In this document: one piece after another, positions 1-7,512 of the stretch
Position numbering within the stretch: position 1 is the first letter of the stretch
Layout: the number at the start of each line of letters is the position of its first letter
Assembly: GCF_001017655.1 (NCBI RefSeq)
Contig: NZ_CP010904.1
Location: 1,950,001-1,982,000, forward strand
Reading direction: 5' to 3'
Source of the DNA: Kiritimatiella glycovorans
GTDB taxonomy: Bacteria; Verrucomicrobiota; Kiritimatiellia; Kiritimatiellales; Kiritimatiellaceae
Length of the DNA stretch: 32,000 bases
The notes under the pieces: generated by a model
What the model was told of the DNA's origin: nothing
The model's input: the letters and a program-made list of their open reading frames with translations, nothing else
Databases searched by the model: none
Translations under genes and position numbers: made by a program

Positions 1-230
1 AGTTCGGCGGGGTCCCGATCCAGCACGACTCCTCCGCGCGGACCGCGGTTGCTGCGAAGGATGCCGACCCGCACAAGCCGCTGGTGCACCTTTGCGAGAT
101 GGTGCACCGAAACACCGAACGTGTCCGCGATCTCCTGCGTGCGCACGGGCCCCTGACCCCGCCGCGCGAGATAGAGCACGCTGTGCAGCGCCAGCGAGAC
201 CGCCTCCGAAACCTTTATGATACCGCTCAT
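1..230 (-). CDS. Rrf2 family transcriptional regulator (IscR/NsrR-like), N-terminal part; the C-terminus lies outside the window
   Basis: Reverse complement from ATG (complement of 228-230) reads MSGIIKVSEAVSLALHSVLYLARRGQGPVRTQEIADTFGVSVHHLAKVHQRLVRVGILRSNRGPRGGVVLDRDPAE. This is a typical Rrf2 winged-HTH N-terminus. The frame is open to the window edge, so it is absent from the ORF track. Confidence 0.8.
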   Translation of the reverse strand, partial: MSGIIKVSEAVSLALHSVLYLARRGQGPVRTQEIADTFGVSVHHLAKVHQRLVRVGILRSNRGPRGGVVLDRDPAE

Positions 231-252
231 GGTATTTTGGTACCGCAATACT

Positions 253-283
253 GAATTCTACGCAAGTAGAATTCCGTTTTTTT
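253..283. promoter_or_regulatory. Perfect 9-bp inverted repeat GAATTCTAC-gcaa-GTAGAATTC followed by T7 on the + strand; candidate Rrf2 operator and/or plus-strand intrinsic terminator
   Basis: Read directly: gaattctac (253-261), gcaa, gtagaattc (266-274), cg, ttttttt (277-283). It lies about 25 nt upstream of the Rrf2 start on the minus strand. Rrf2 regulators typically bind inverted repeats in their own promoters. Confidence 0.35.
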
Positions 284-322
284 AGGTTACCCGCAGGATC
301 GAAGCTCCGAAGGAGCGTAGAC

Positions 323-399
<77 letters not shown>

Positions 400-539
400 G
401 TTAAGTGGTTAGTTGTTGGTTATTAGTTTTTTATACAAAAAGGCATTTCGGCGCTGTTTTCGGCTTATGCCCCTGAGTTGTAACCCCATAATTTCTGTTC
501 ATGACGACATAAAAGCGTGATGCAGATCGGCTCGATCGA

Positions 540-764
540 GTGGGCGAATGCCTCTACCGCTCGCAAAAATCCGGCGTATATTACGCGATCATTAAGCGGG
601 GTGGCAAACAAATCAGACGCTCGCGGCAGAGCCTGCCCCCCCTCAGTCGTCGGGTGGACTCTCATCCCCTGGCGGCCCTGCTGCGGCACGTGCGCGCAGA
701 TCATCGTTACCGCAGTTTGTGTTGGGTCAGGGGTCTGACCTCCGCAGTACTCGTGACGAGATAG
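540..764 (+). pseudogene. Possible remnant of a tyrosine-integrase N-terminus next to the tRNA
   Basis: The 74-aa ORF begins ..ECLYRSQKSGVYYAIIKRGGKQIRRS.., which resembles the conserved N-terminal arm motif (LYR..SGVYYARxxxxGKQxxRSL) of many phage-type integrases. The similarity then decays, and no catalytic domain follows. Confidence 0.25.
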
Positions 765-972
765 ATGGGGTGTATGGTCATTGCTTTCACAGGCTTAGAG
801 GGTTAGTGTCGATACCGAAGCGGGCGGTTTTATAATGTCAGGGGGCTGATCCTCGCGATCCGTACGACCGCGGTTCGCGTCGGGATCTGTCGGCATCGTC
901 TGCGGCTGCAAAACCGGCATGGGACATGGATCACGAAGGACCGCACAGCGACCCGAAACGGAGACGTACACG

Positions 973-3900
973 ATGCACGACCATGATACGTACCGAGAAG
1001 GGACGCTGTTCGCCGTGCTTGCAGTTGCGGGGGTCGCGGCGGCGCTGCTCCATGTCCACATTCCCCATACGGACGTTCTGATCGACGGGCGCTGGGCCTT
1101 CGGCTTCATCGGTTTTGCGCTGTTGCGCCGATGGCGGGCGGCGCTGGCGCTGGCGGCCTTGCTTTCCTATCCGTATGGAACCCCGGACATTCCGGTCTGG
1201 GTCGGTTTCGGCGGCAATATGCTCTATGCGGTTCCGGCACTGCTGACGATCCGGGCGCTGGCGGCCTGGATGCTGCGGCGCTGGGGGGCGGGGTGGCGGT
1301 TCGGACTGGGTTGGGTGGTCCTGGTGCTGTTCTGCTATCAGGTGTTTACGACACCCGCGGTCTGGGGGGTGGTCGCCATGGTCGAGGATCGTCCGGTTCC
1401 AGCGGGCATCCTCGATGGCTGGCGCACACAGCCGTTCTTGATCGAGTCGTTACTGGTGGCCCTTTTTTCGGCCGCGACCATGGTGGCGACGCTGGCGCTG
1501 GGACGACTGAACGCCGAACGACGGCGACTTGAAGACCTCACCAGGAGTTTGAGCGCCAGTGAACAAACCACACATGCTCTGCTGAACGCCACGGCCGATG
1601 CCGCGTTTCTTATCGACGACTCGGGGACGATTAAGGCTGCCAACGAGGAGATGGCCCGACGTCTCGGGCAGGACAGGCAGTCTATGATCGGAACGAACAT
1701 CTACAGCCTGCTGCCGCCGGAGACCGCCGCCCGCCGGAGGGAATGGGTCGAACGCGTCGTGCGCAGCGGACGTCCCCTGACGGAAGAGGATGAGCGCGCG
1801 GGGCGCGTGATGCACCACAGCCTGTACCCCGTGCTCGATGATGCCGGGGATGTGACGGCCGTAGCGGTTTTCGCACGCGACATCACCGAGCGCAGGCAGG
1901 CTGAAGCTGCGCTGCGCGCGAGCGAAGCACGGTTTCGAAGCTATGTCGAGCACTCCCCCTACGGCGTGTTCGTTGCTGACGGCCGGGGCCGATACGTCGA
2001 TGTGAATCCGGCCTCGGAACGCATCACCGGCTACTCCGCCGAGCAGCTGACCACGATGAGCATTCCCGACCTCATCCCGCCCGAAAGCCGGGAAACGGCC
2101 GCGGCCCATTTTCGGCGCCTGACCGAAACCGGCGAGGCCAACACCGAAGTGGCCTTTGTGCGCGCCGACGGCAGCACCGGCCGCTGGACCGTGGCCGCGA
2201 CCCGAATCGGCCCGGATCGTTTCCTGGGCTTTGTCGAGGACATCACCGAGCGCAGAGAACGTGAAGAGCGCATCGCGCTGCTGGGAGGTATGCTGGACGA
2301 CGCGCCGGCCGCCATCACCATCCACGACACCGACGGCCATTTCCTCTTCTCCAACCGCCAGAATTGGCTCATGCACGGCTACGAAAGTGAAGACGAGTTC
2401 CTCGGCATCAATCTCCACCAGCTCGACGTGCCGGAGAGCGAGGCGCGGCTGGCCGAACGAATCCGGCACATCGCCGAGCGCGGCGAAGCCCGATTCGAGG
2501 TCGAACACTATCGCAGGGACGGCTCGACCTTCCCGCTCGGAGTCCTTGCCAAACGCATCGAATGGGAGGGCCGGCCGGCCATCCTGAGCATCGCCGCCGA
2601 TATCAGTGAGCGAAGGGAAGCACATGCGGCCCTGCAGGAAAGCGAGGCGCGCTTTCAGAAGATTCTCTCTCTCGTGCCGGACCTGATTACCGTGCAAGAC
2701 GCGGACATGAACATCCTATACAGCAACTGGAACGGGTTCGGCTGTATTCCGAAAGAACAGCGGGCTCTGAACACGAAATGCTACAGGACCTATCGCGGAT
2801 ACGAGCGGGTGTGCCCCGACTGTGAGGCGCTTGCCGCCTTGAAAAGCGGCGAGATGATTCATCGGGAAGTGCAGTTGCCCGATGGCCGTTGGTATGAACT
2901 GAGAATCATGCCTGCGCTGAAAGAAAGCGGTGACGCGGAAGCGTTTGTAGAGTGGGTGAGAGATATCACCGAGCGCAAGACCGTTGAAGCACAGCTTCGC
3001 CAGGCGCAGAAGATGGAGGCCGTCGGGCGGCTGGCGGGGGGCGTGGCCCATGACTATAACAATATCGTCATGGGCATCCTCAACTACGCACAGCTCTGCC
3101 GCGACGGCATCGTGGCCGACCACCCGATCCGCCCGTGGCTGGACGAAATCACCAGGGAAGCCCAGCGCTCCGCGAACCTGACGCGGCAGCTCCTCGCCTT
3201 TGCCCGCAAGCAGACCGTTGCCCCGCAAGCCGTCGACCTGAACGACGCGGTGGGGAACATGCTCAAAATGCTGCGCCGCCTCATCGGCGAGGACATCGAT
3301 CTGGCATGGAAACCGGGGGCGGGCCTGTGGGCGGTGCATATCGACCCGGGGCAGGTCGACCAGATCCTGGCGAATCTCTGCGCTAACGCGCGCGACGCCA
3401 TTAAAGGTGCCGGCAAAGTGACGATCGAAACCGGGAACGTCGCCATCGATGCCGATTACTGTGCGGAACACGAGGGCTTCAAACCGGGCGACTTCACGAC
3501 GCTTTCAGTCAGCGACGACGGGTGCGGCATGGATCGAGACACCCTCGATCATATCTTCGAGCCCTTCTTTACCACGAAGGGCATCGGAGAAGGAACCGGG
3601 CTGGGACTGGCGACCGTCTACGGCATCGCCAGGCAGAACGACGGGTTTGTCAACGTCTACAGCGAGCCCGGACAGGGCACGACCTTCCGCATCTATCTGC
3701 CACGCTTCGAGGGCGGGGAGCACAAACATGCGGAGCGCGAAAAGGCGGCGGAGTCACTCGGGGGCAAAGAGATCATCCTGCTGGTGGAAGACGAGAAGTC
3801 CATCCGCCTGACCATGCGCCTGTTCCTGGAGAAGCTCGGCTATACGGTGCTTGCGGCCGAAGATCCGAAGAAGGCCGCTGAGCTTGTGCGAGAACTCGCC

Positions 3901-4134
3901 GGCTCCCCCGATCTGTTGATCACCGATGTCGTCATGCCGGAAATGAGCGGGCGGGAACTGGCGGAAAGCCTGACCGGCGACCATCCCGATATGCGTGTAC
4001 TCTACATGTCCGGCTACACGGCGAACGTCATCGCACACCGGGGTGTACTCGAAGACGGTGTCGACTTCCTGTCCAAGCCGATTACCCACGATCAACTTGC
4101 AGACAAGGTCCGTGAGATATTGGATCGCGTGTGA
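973..4134 (+). CDS. Hybrid sensor histidine kinase/response regulator: multi-TM N-terminal domain, 4 PAS domains, HisKA, HATPase_c, C-terminal receiver
   Basis: ORF 919..4134. ATG at 973 is preferred because GGAGA lies 9 nt upstream, whereas 919 has no SD. Four PAS units each end in a DITERR/DISERR motif. H-box GGVAHDYNN, G-boxes (DDGCGMD, GTGLGL) and receiver (LLVEDE...DLLITDVVMPEMSG) are present. Confidence 0.9.
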   Translation: MHDHDTYREGTLFAVLAVAGVAAALLHVHIPHTDVLIDGRWAFGFIGFALLRRWRAALALAALLSYPYGTPDIPVWVGFGGNMLYAVPALLTIRALAAWMLRRWGAGWRFGLGWVVLVLFCYQVFTTPAVWGVVAMVEDRPVPAGILDGWRTQPFLIESLLVALFSAATMVATLALGRLNAERRRLEDLTRSLSASEQTTHALLNATADAAFLIDDSGTIKAANEEMARRLGQDRQSMIGTNIYSLLPPETAARRREWVERVVRSGRPLTEEDERAGRVMHHSLYPVLDDAGDVTAVAVFARDITERRQAEAALRASEARFRSYVEHSPYGVFVADGRGRYVDVNPASERITGYSAEQLTTMSIPDLIPPESRETAAAHFRRLTETGEANTEVAFVRADGSTGRWTVAATRIGPDRFLGFVEDITERREREERIALLGGMLDDAPAAITIHDTDGHFLFSNRQNWLMHGYESEDEFLGINLHQLDVPESEARLAERIRHIAERGEARFEVEHYRRDGSTFPLGVLAKRIEWEGRPAILSIAADISERREAHAALQESEARFQKILSLVPDLITVQDADMNILYSNWNGFGCIPKEQRALNTKCYRTYRGYERVCPDCEALAALKSGEMIHREVQLPDGRWYELRIMPALKESGDAEAFVEWVRDITERKTVEAQLRQAQKMEAVGRLAGGVAHDYNNIVMGILNYAQLCRDGIVADHPIRPWLDEITREAQRSANLTRQLLAFARKQTVAPQAVDLNDAVGNMLKMLRRLIGEDIDLAWKPGAGLWAVHIDPGQVDQILANLCANARDAIKGAGKVTIETGNVAIDADYCAEHEGFKPGDFTTLSVSDDGCGMDRDTLDHIFEPFFTTKGIGEGTGLGLATVYGIARQNDGFVNVYSEPGQGTTFRIYLPRFEGGEHKHAEREKAAESLGGKEIILLVEDEKSIRLTMRLFLEKLGYTVLAAEDPKKAAELVRELAGSPDLLITDVVMPEMSGRELAESLTGDHPDMRVLYMSGYTANVIAHRGVLEDGVDFLSKPITHDQLADKVREILDRV

Positions 4135-4212
4135 TATACGTGACGAGGTATGCCGTGAAGGGTACCGGTCGAGCCACTGAGATTCCAGCGGTTCCGAACT
4201 GAAAGGAGAATA

Positions 4213-4767
4213 ATGAGAACATCATCATCAAGGAAAATGTCGCCCGGGAAAAAATTCTTTTTCTCACGGATATTCCCCCTCGTTTTTGTTGTCATAGGAG
4301 CCGGCACTGCCTTCCTTGGCATACGCGGTCTCATCAGGGCCAAAGCCAGTGTGGACTGGCCTTCCACTCAAGGCAAAGTGGTAGAGTCTTCTGTTGAACG
4401 CCGTCGCAGCAGCGGACGCAAGGGGGGGAGCAGCACGACCTATCATGCGGAAATAATGTATGAATTCACCGTTGAAGACACCCTCTTCAATGGTGACCGT
4501 GTTGCGTACGGAGACTACAGTTCCAGCAGCCCGTCCCGTGCTCGCCGCATAGTAAACCGTTACCCGAAAGGCAAGAGCGTTACCGTGCATTACATGCCCG
4601 GCAATCCAGAAGAATGTCTGCTGGAACCCGGCGTGAAAGGACAATCATGGTTCCTTCCGGGATTCGGAATACTCTTCTTCACTGCCGGCAGTCTGATGGC
4701 GGCATTTCTGCCCGGGACAATAAATAAACAGGAACTCGCAGAACAATCACCTGAACCTGACAATTGA
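4213..4767 (+). CDS. DUF3592 domain membrane protein
   Basis: SD aaaggaga lies upstream of the ATG. There is an N-terminal TM and a C-terminal TM. The central beta domain has the DUF3592 pattern (WPSTQGKVV...YHAEIMYEFTV...GKSVTVHYMPGNPEECLLEPG). Confidence 0.75.
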   Translation: MRTSSSRKMSPGKKFFFSRIFPLVFVVIGAGTAFLGIRGLIRAKASVDWPSTQGKVVESSVERRRSSGRKGGSSTTYHAEIMYEFTVEDTLFNGDRVAYGDYSSSSPSRARRIVNRYPKGKSVTVHYMPGNPEECLLEPGVKGQSWFLPGFGILFFTAGSLMAAFLPGTINKQELAEQSPEPDN

Positions 4768-5022
4768 AAGACGCGCCTTTCAGGGCCTATCTGAGCGGCG
4801 GAGAACAGCCGCCCGTCTGAGCAAGATCTCCGCAGAGACCGAGCCCCTGACGGCATGATAATCGTCGAAATCGCAATCCCGATCTCTGATCGGACGATGA
4901 TCTGGAGGGAATCCGGGATTCCGTGCTCTTTATGGTTGAGACGGGGCGACAGACGGCGCGTTGCCAAAGAGGGCCCGCTCCCGCCTGCCGGCGGGCGGGT
5001 CTGGAGTAGAAAAGGCAGGGAG

Positions 5023-5058
5023 CGATTACGCGTACGAGTACGATTATGATGACGAACA
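5023..5058. repeat. Degenerate hexamer-periodic array (CGNNTA)x6
   Basis: cgatta cgcgta cgagta cgatta tgatga cgaaca. This is the same motif class as the arrays at 7341-7376, 15979-16014 and 22164-22193. Confidence 0.5.
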
Positions 5059-5191
5059 CGGGAACCACGGGTGGAAGGAGCAATCGCGCCCTTAAAGGGA
5101 ATCCCGCCGACCGTTTCAGCCACCAGGGTCCCGGTCGTTCCCTGAAATTGGACGTGGCTGGCTCCACCCCTATCACATAAGGAGGTATCCT

Positions 5192-5653
5192 ATGGAACAA
5201 TGCGCACCCTTATTCTCACTGGTTGCAGTGGCTCTGTCTCTTCTCTCGCTGCTCTGCACAACCGTCATGGCCATGGAGGCACACCGCAGCAGCAACCGCC
5301 GGGCCAATGCGAGTTCCCTGGTCCAAACCTGGCTGGATATGCCTGAGGGAGAGGGCGATCCACTGAAGTTCCACGACATCTCGGCGAAGGATCTCAAGGA
5401 AGCCGATGTAACCCGGTCTGAGCTCTGCTATGCGGTCGCCAGCCTTATGGCCGGCTGGATCGAATACGACGCGGCACCGTTCTGGAAACGCGAGAAGGTG
5501 AAACGAAGTCAATTCGAAGTCGGCAGCTACCGCGGTAATTTCGTCCGCTCAATAGCTATGAAAAAGGCCTGGAAACTGATCTACAAAAAAATACTCGACC
5601 GTAACGACCCCTACACAAAAGCGATCCTCTACATCGTCGGCGACCCCGCCTAA
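5192..5653 (+). CDS. Hypothetical secreted/membrane-anchored protein (153 aa)
   Basis: Strong SD (taaggaggt) lies 5 nt upstream of the ATG. The N-terminal hydrophobic signal-like segment is LFSLVAVALSLLSLLCTTVMA. I recognise no family. Confidence 0.6.
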   Translation: MEQCAPLFSLVAVALSLLSLLCTTVMAMEAHRSSNRRANASSLVQTWLDMPEGEGDPLKFHDISAKDLKEADVTRSELCYAVASLMAGWIEYDAAPFWKREKVKRSQFEVGSYRGNFVRSIAMKKAWKLIYKKILDRNDPYTKAILYIVGDPA

Positions 5654-5791
5654 CCCGGCGTCTGCCGGAACCGCCGGCAAAAAATACGGCGCCCCGCGCT
5701 TGCCCTGAACGGACCGGACGCTAGTATGCGGCTGAACGACCATACGAGAGGTACATCGACCGGCCGGCGCCGGAGGAAGCGAGATACCGTC

Positions 5792-6880
5792 ATGGGTTCG
5801 AACGGTTCCGGGATCGCGGCCCGCGTCGTGGAACCGCACGAGGACGAGGCCTGGGACGCCCTGGTGGCGTCCTCTCCCACCGCCAACCGCTTCCTGCGCA
5901 GCGACTGTCTCCGCATGCTGGAGGAGACCGACTCGCTGGGCATCCGCTTCCGGCGCGTGGGGGTGTTCGACGACGCCGGCGCGCTGCGCGGAGGCTGGGC
6001 TTTGCCGACCATGCAGCGCATGGGCATCCGGGCGTCGACCTACTTCGAATTCTTCTACGCCGGCCCCATGCTCGCCCCCGACCTCGAGACCGGCTCCGTC
6101 CACGTCTGCCGCGAACGACTGGACGTGCTGCACGCGCTGGCGCAGGCCCAGACCCGGGAGCTGCACCTGATCGAGGCCGAGGGGCATCCGCGCTTTGTCG
6201 ACGCGCGCGGGCTCTGGTACGCCGGGTTCGAGCTCCAGACCCTCTACACCCACATCTGGCATTTCGGAAACCCGGACGACGTCTTTATGAAGATGAACCG
6301 GGAGCGCCGAAGGCTGATCCGCCGCGCCGACGAGTCCCTCCGTTTCGGCCTGCTCACATCCGACGACGTGGCGGAGGGGTTCGTACCCCTCTACAAACGG
6401 CTGATGCAGAAGTTCGACTGGCTGCCGGGCGAGCAGTGGAGCCGCGACCTGCAGGACCGCCTGCAGTGGCTCTGGGACCACGACGTGGGCGCGGTCTACG
6501 GCGCGTGGGACGAAAACGGCGCGCTGTGCGGCGCGGTCATCGTCCTGGTGAGCGAGGAGGACCGCACGATCTACCTCTGGCGCTGCGGCTACGACACCTC
6601 CCGCAAAGGCAATACGATCGTCCCGGCCCTCTACTGGCATGCCGCACAGCACTGGCTGCAGCAGTGGGGCGAACCCCTGGCCTGCAACCTCGGCGGATCG
6701 CCGCTGATCAGCCTGGCGCAGTTCAAGGACTATCTCGGCGCCGACGTGGTCCCGCACCTCCGGCTCGTCTACCGCCCCCTCCGTCCCCGCCCGGTCCTGT
6801 GGCGACTCGGTCGCGGGATCAAGGAAACCAGCCGCCGCAGACTGACGCGTACGCGCGTCTCTCTGCTCAATGAAGAGTAA
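5792..6880 (+). CDS. FemAB-like/GNAT (Acetyltransf_6, BioF2/CelD-like) acyltransferase
   Basis: ORF 5726..6880; the internal ATG at 5792 (MGSNGSGIAARVVEPHEDEAWDALV) gives the typical family N-terminus. The C-terminal motif ...CNLGGSPLISLAQFKDYLGA matches the FDFGG...L..FK..FG signature of this family. Confidence 0.75.
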   Translation: MGSNGSGIAARVVEPHEDEAWDALVASSPTANRFLRSDCLRMLEETDSLGIRFRRVGVFDDAGALRGGWALPTMQRMGIRASTYFEFFYAGPMLAPDLETGSVHVCRERLDVLHALAQAQTRELHLIEAEGHPRFVDARGLWYAGFELQTLYTHIWHFGNPDDVFMKMNRERRRLIRRADESLRFGLLTSDDVAEGFVPLYKRLMQKFDWLPGEQWSRDLQDRLQWLWDHDVGAVYGAWDENGALCGAVIVLVSEEDRTIYLWRCGYDTSRKGNTIVPALYWHAAQHWLQQWGEPLACNLGGSPLISLAQFKDYLGADVVPHLRLVYRPLRPRPVLWRLGRGIKETSRRRLTRTRVSLLNEE

Positions 6881-6982
6881 GATTAAGGCCCGACACTCTT
6901 GCACGGCATCGGAATCCTCCACCGCCGCATCGCGCAGCGCCTCCGGCCGGAAGAAGGATCCGGCCGATCTCGAATAAAAAGG

Positions 6983-7495
6983 TTCTTCGCAGATTTTTGT
7001 GGTGGAGCCGTTCGGGGAAGAGGCGGGATGGGGATTCACCACAGCGGTCACAGAGGATGCCGGGGTCGGGATGGGAGACGACAAACGTTCGTAGCAGCGC
7101 CGCAAGGCCCGGAGGGCCAAGGCGCGTGGTATCGTTCGTAGTAGCGCCGCACGCCTGCCCCCCGGCAGGCCAGGCGCGTGAAAGATAACGGCCCTGGCCC
7201 TGCTTCGCAGGCCTGCGGGCCTACTACGAACTTTTTCCGCTGCGCGGACCTGCGGGCCTACTACGAACGTAAGAGAGCGCGCACGATTTCTTTGCCTGTG
7301 CTCTTCTTATTCCTCTTTTGGGATCGCGCCTTCGGCGCTCCGAGTACGCGTACGAGTACGAGTAAGAGTACGAATTATGTTCACCCCTTCATGCTCTTCA
7401 TGTCCTTCATGGTGAATTCCGTTCTCTCTCTCACTCCGATATCCCGCATCCCACCTTTCCCGGGAGCCCTTCCAAAAAAAAATCCAAGAATAACC
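6983..7495. repeat. Mosaic intergenic repeat element, copy A (about 0.5 kb, BIME/MITE-like)
   Basis: Collinear with 15623-16123 at roughly 90% identity by eye, including an identical about 60-nt block attcaccacagcggtcacagaggatgccggggtcgggatgggagacgac. It also shares the hairpin units, UUCG hairpin, hexamer array, CTTCATG nonamers and terminal arm with the TTCCCGGGAG palindrome. It lies between convergent genes, and no credible CDS is present. Confidence 0.8.
7133..7231. repeat. About 95-nt REP-like long hairpin unit (type H2), inserted inside a split H1 unit (7086-7269)
   Basis: Arms cgttcgtagtagcgccgca ... tgcgggcctactacgaac are reverse complements (12 bp perfect, then imperfect). The flanking sequences 7086-7128 and 7237-7269 are the two halves of the H1 unit that is intact at 15713-15805. 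Confidence 0.75.
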
Positions 7496-7512
7496 AATAA
7501 AAAAGGACGCGG

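Noticed and set aside
700-760. Hairpin ggtcag-gggt-ctgacc and surrounding region checked for SRP RNA, 6S RNA or another housekeeping ncRNA between the tRNA and the kinase
   Set aside because: No conserved SRP domain IV or 6S features are recognisable, only an isolated short hairpin.
1450-2697. 415-aa antisense ORF inside the histidine kinase gene. Similar long antisense ORFs lie at 11935-12750, 12847-13650, 13647-15035, 16667-18184, 17860-18948, 19083-19979, 20024-21166, 22621-23739, 23982-25220, 25271-26170, 26790-27998 and 28694-30136.
   Set aside because: All lie opposite genes with strong family signatures. They have Arg/Gly/Ala/Pro-biased composition characteristic of GC-rich non-coding frames, and they lack SDs and recognisable motifs.
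5549-7120. 523-aa minus-strand ORF antisense to the FemAB/GNAT gene and running into repeat copy A
   Set aside because: It is a typical high-GC shadow ORF. It is Arg/Ala/Pro/Gly-rich with no recognisable domain. It overlaps a + strand gene that has a clear family signature, and its N-terminal part is translated from the non-coding mosaic repeat.
7341-7376. Hexamer arrays and repeated hairpins considered as a CRISPR array
   Set aside because: The repeat period is only 6 nt with no spacers. The 95-nt hairpin units are adjacent or nested rather than separated by unique spacers, and there are no cas genes in the window.
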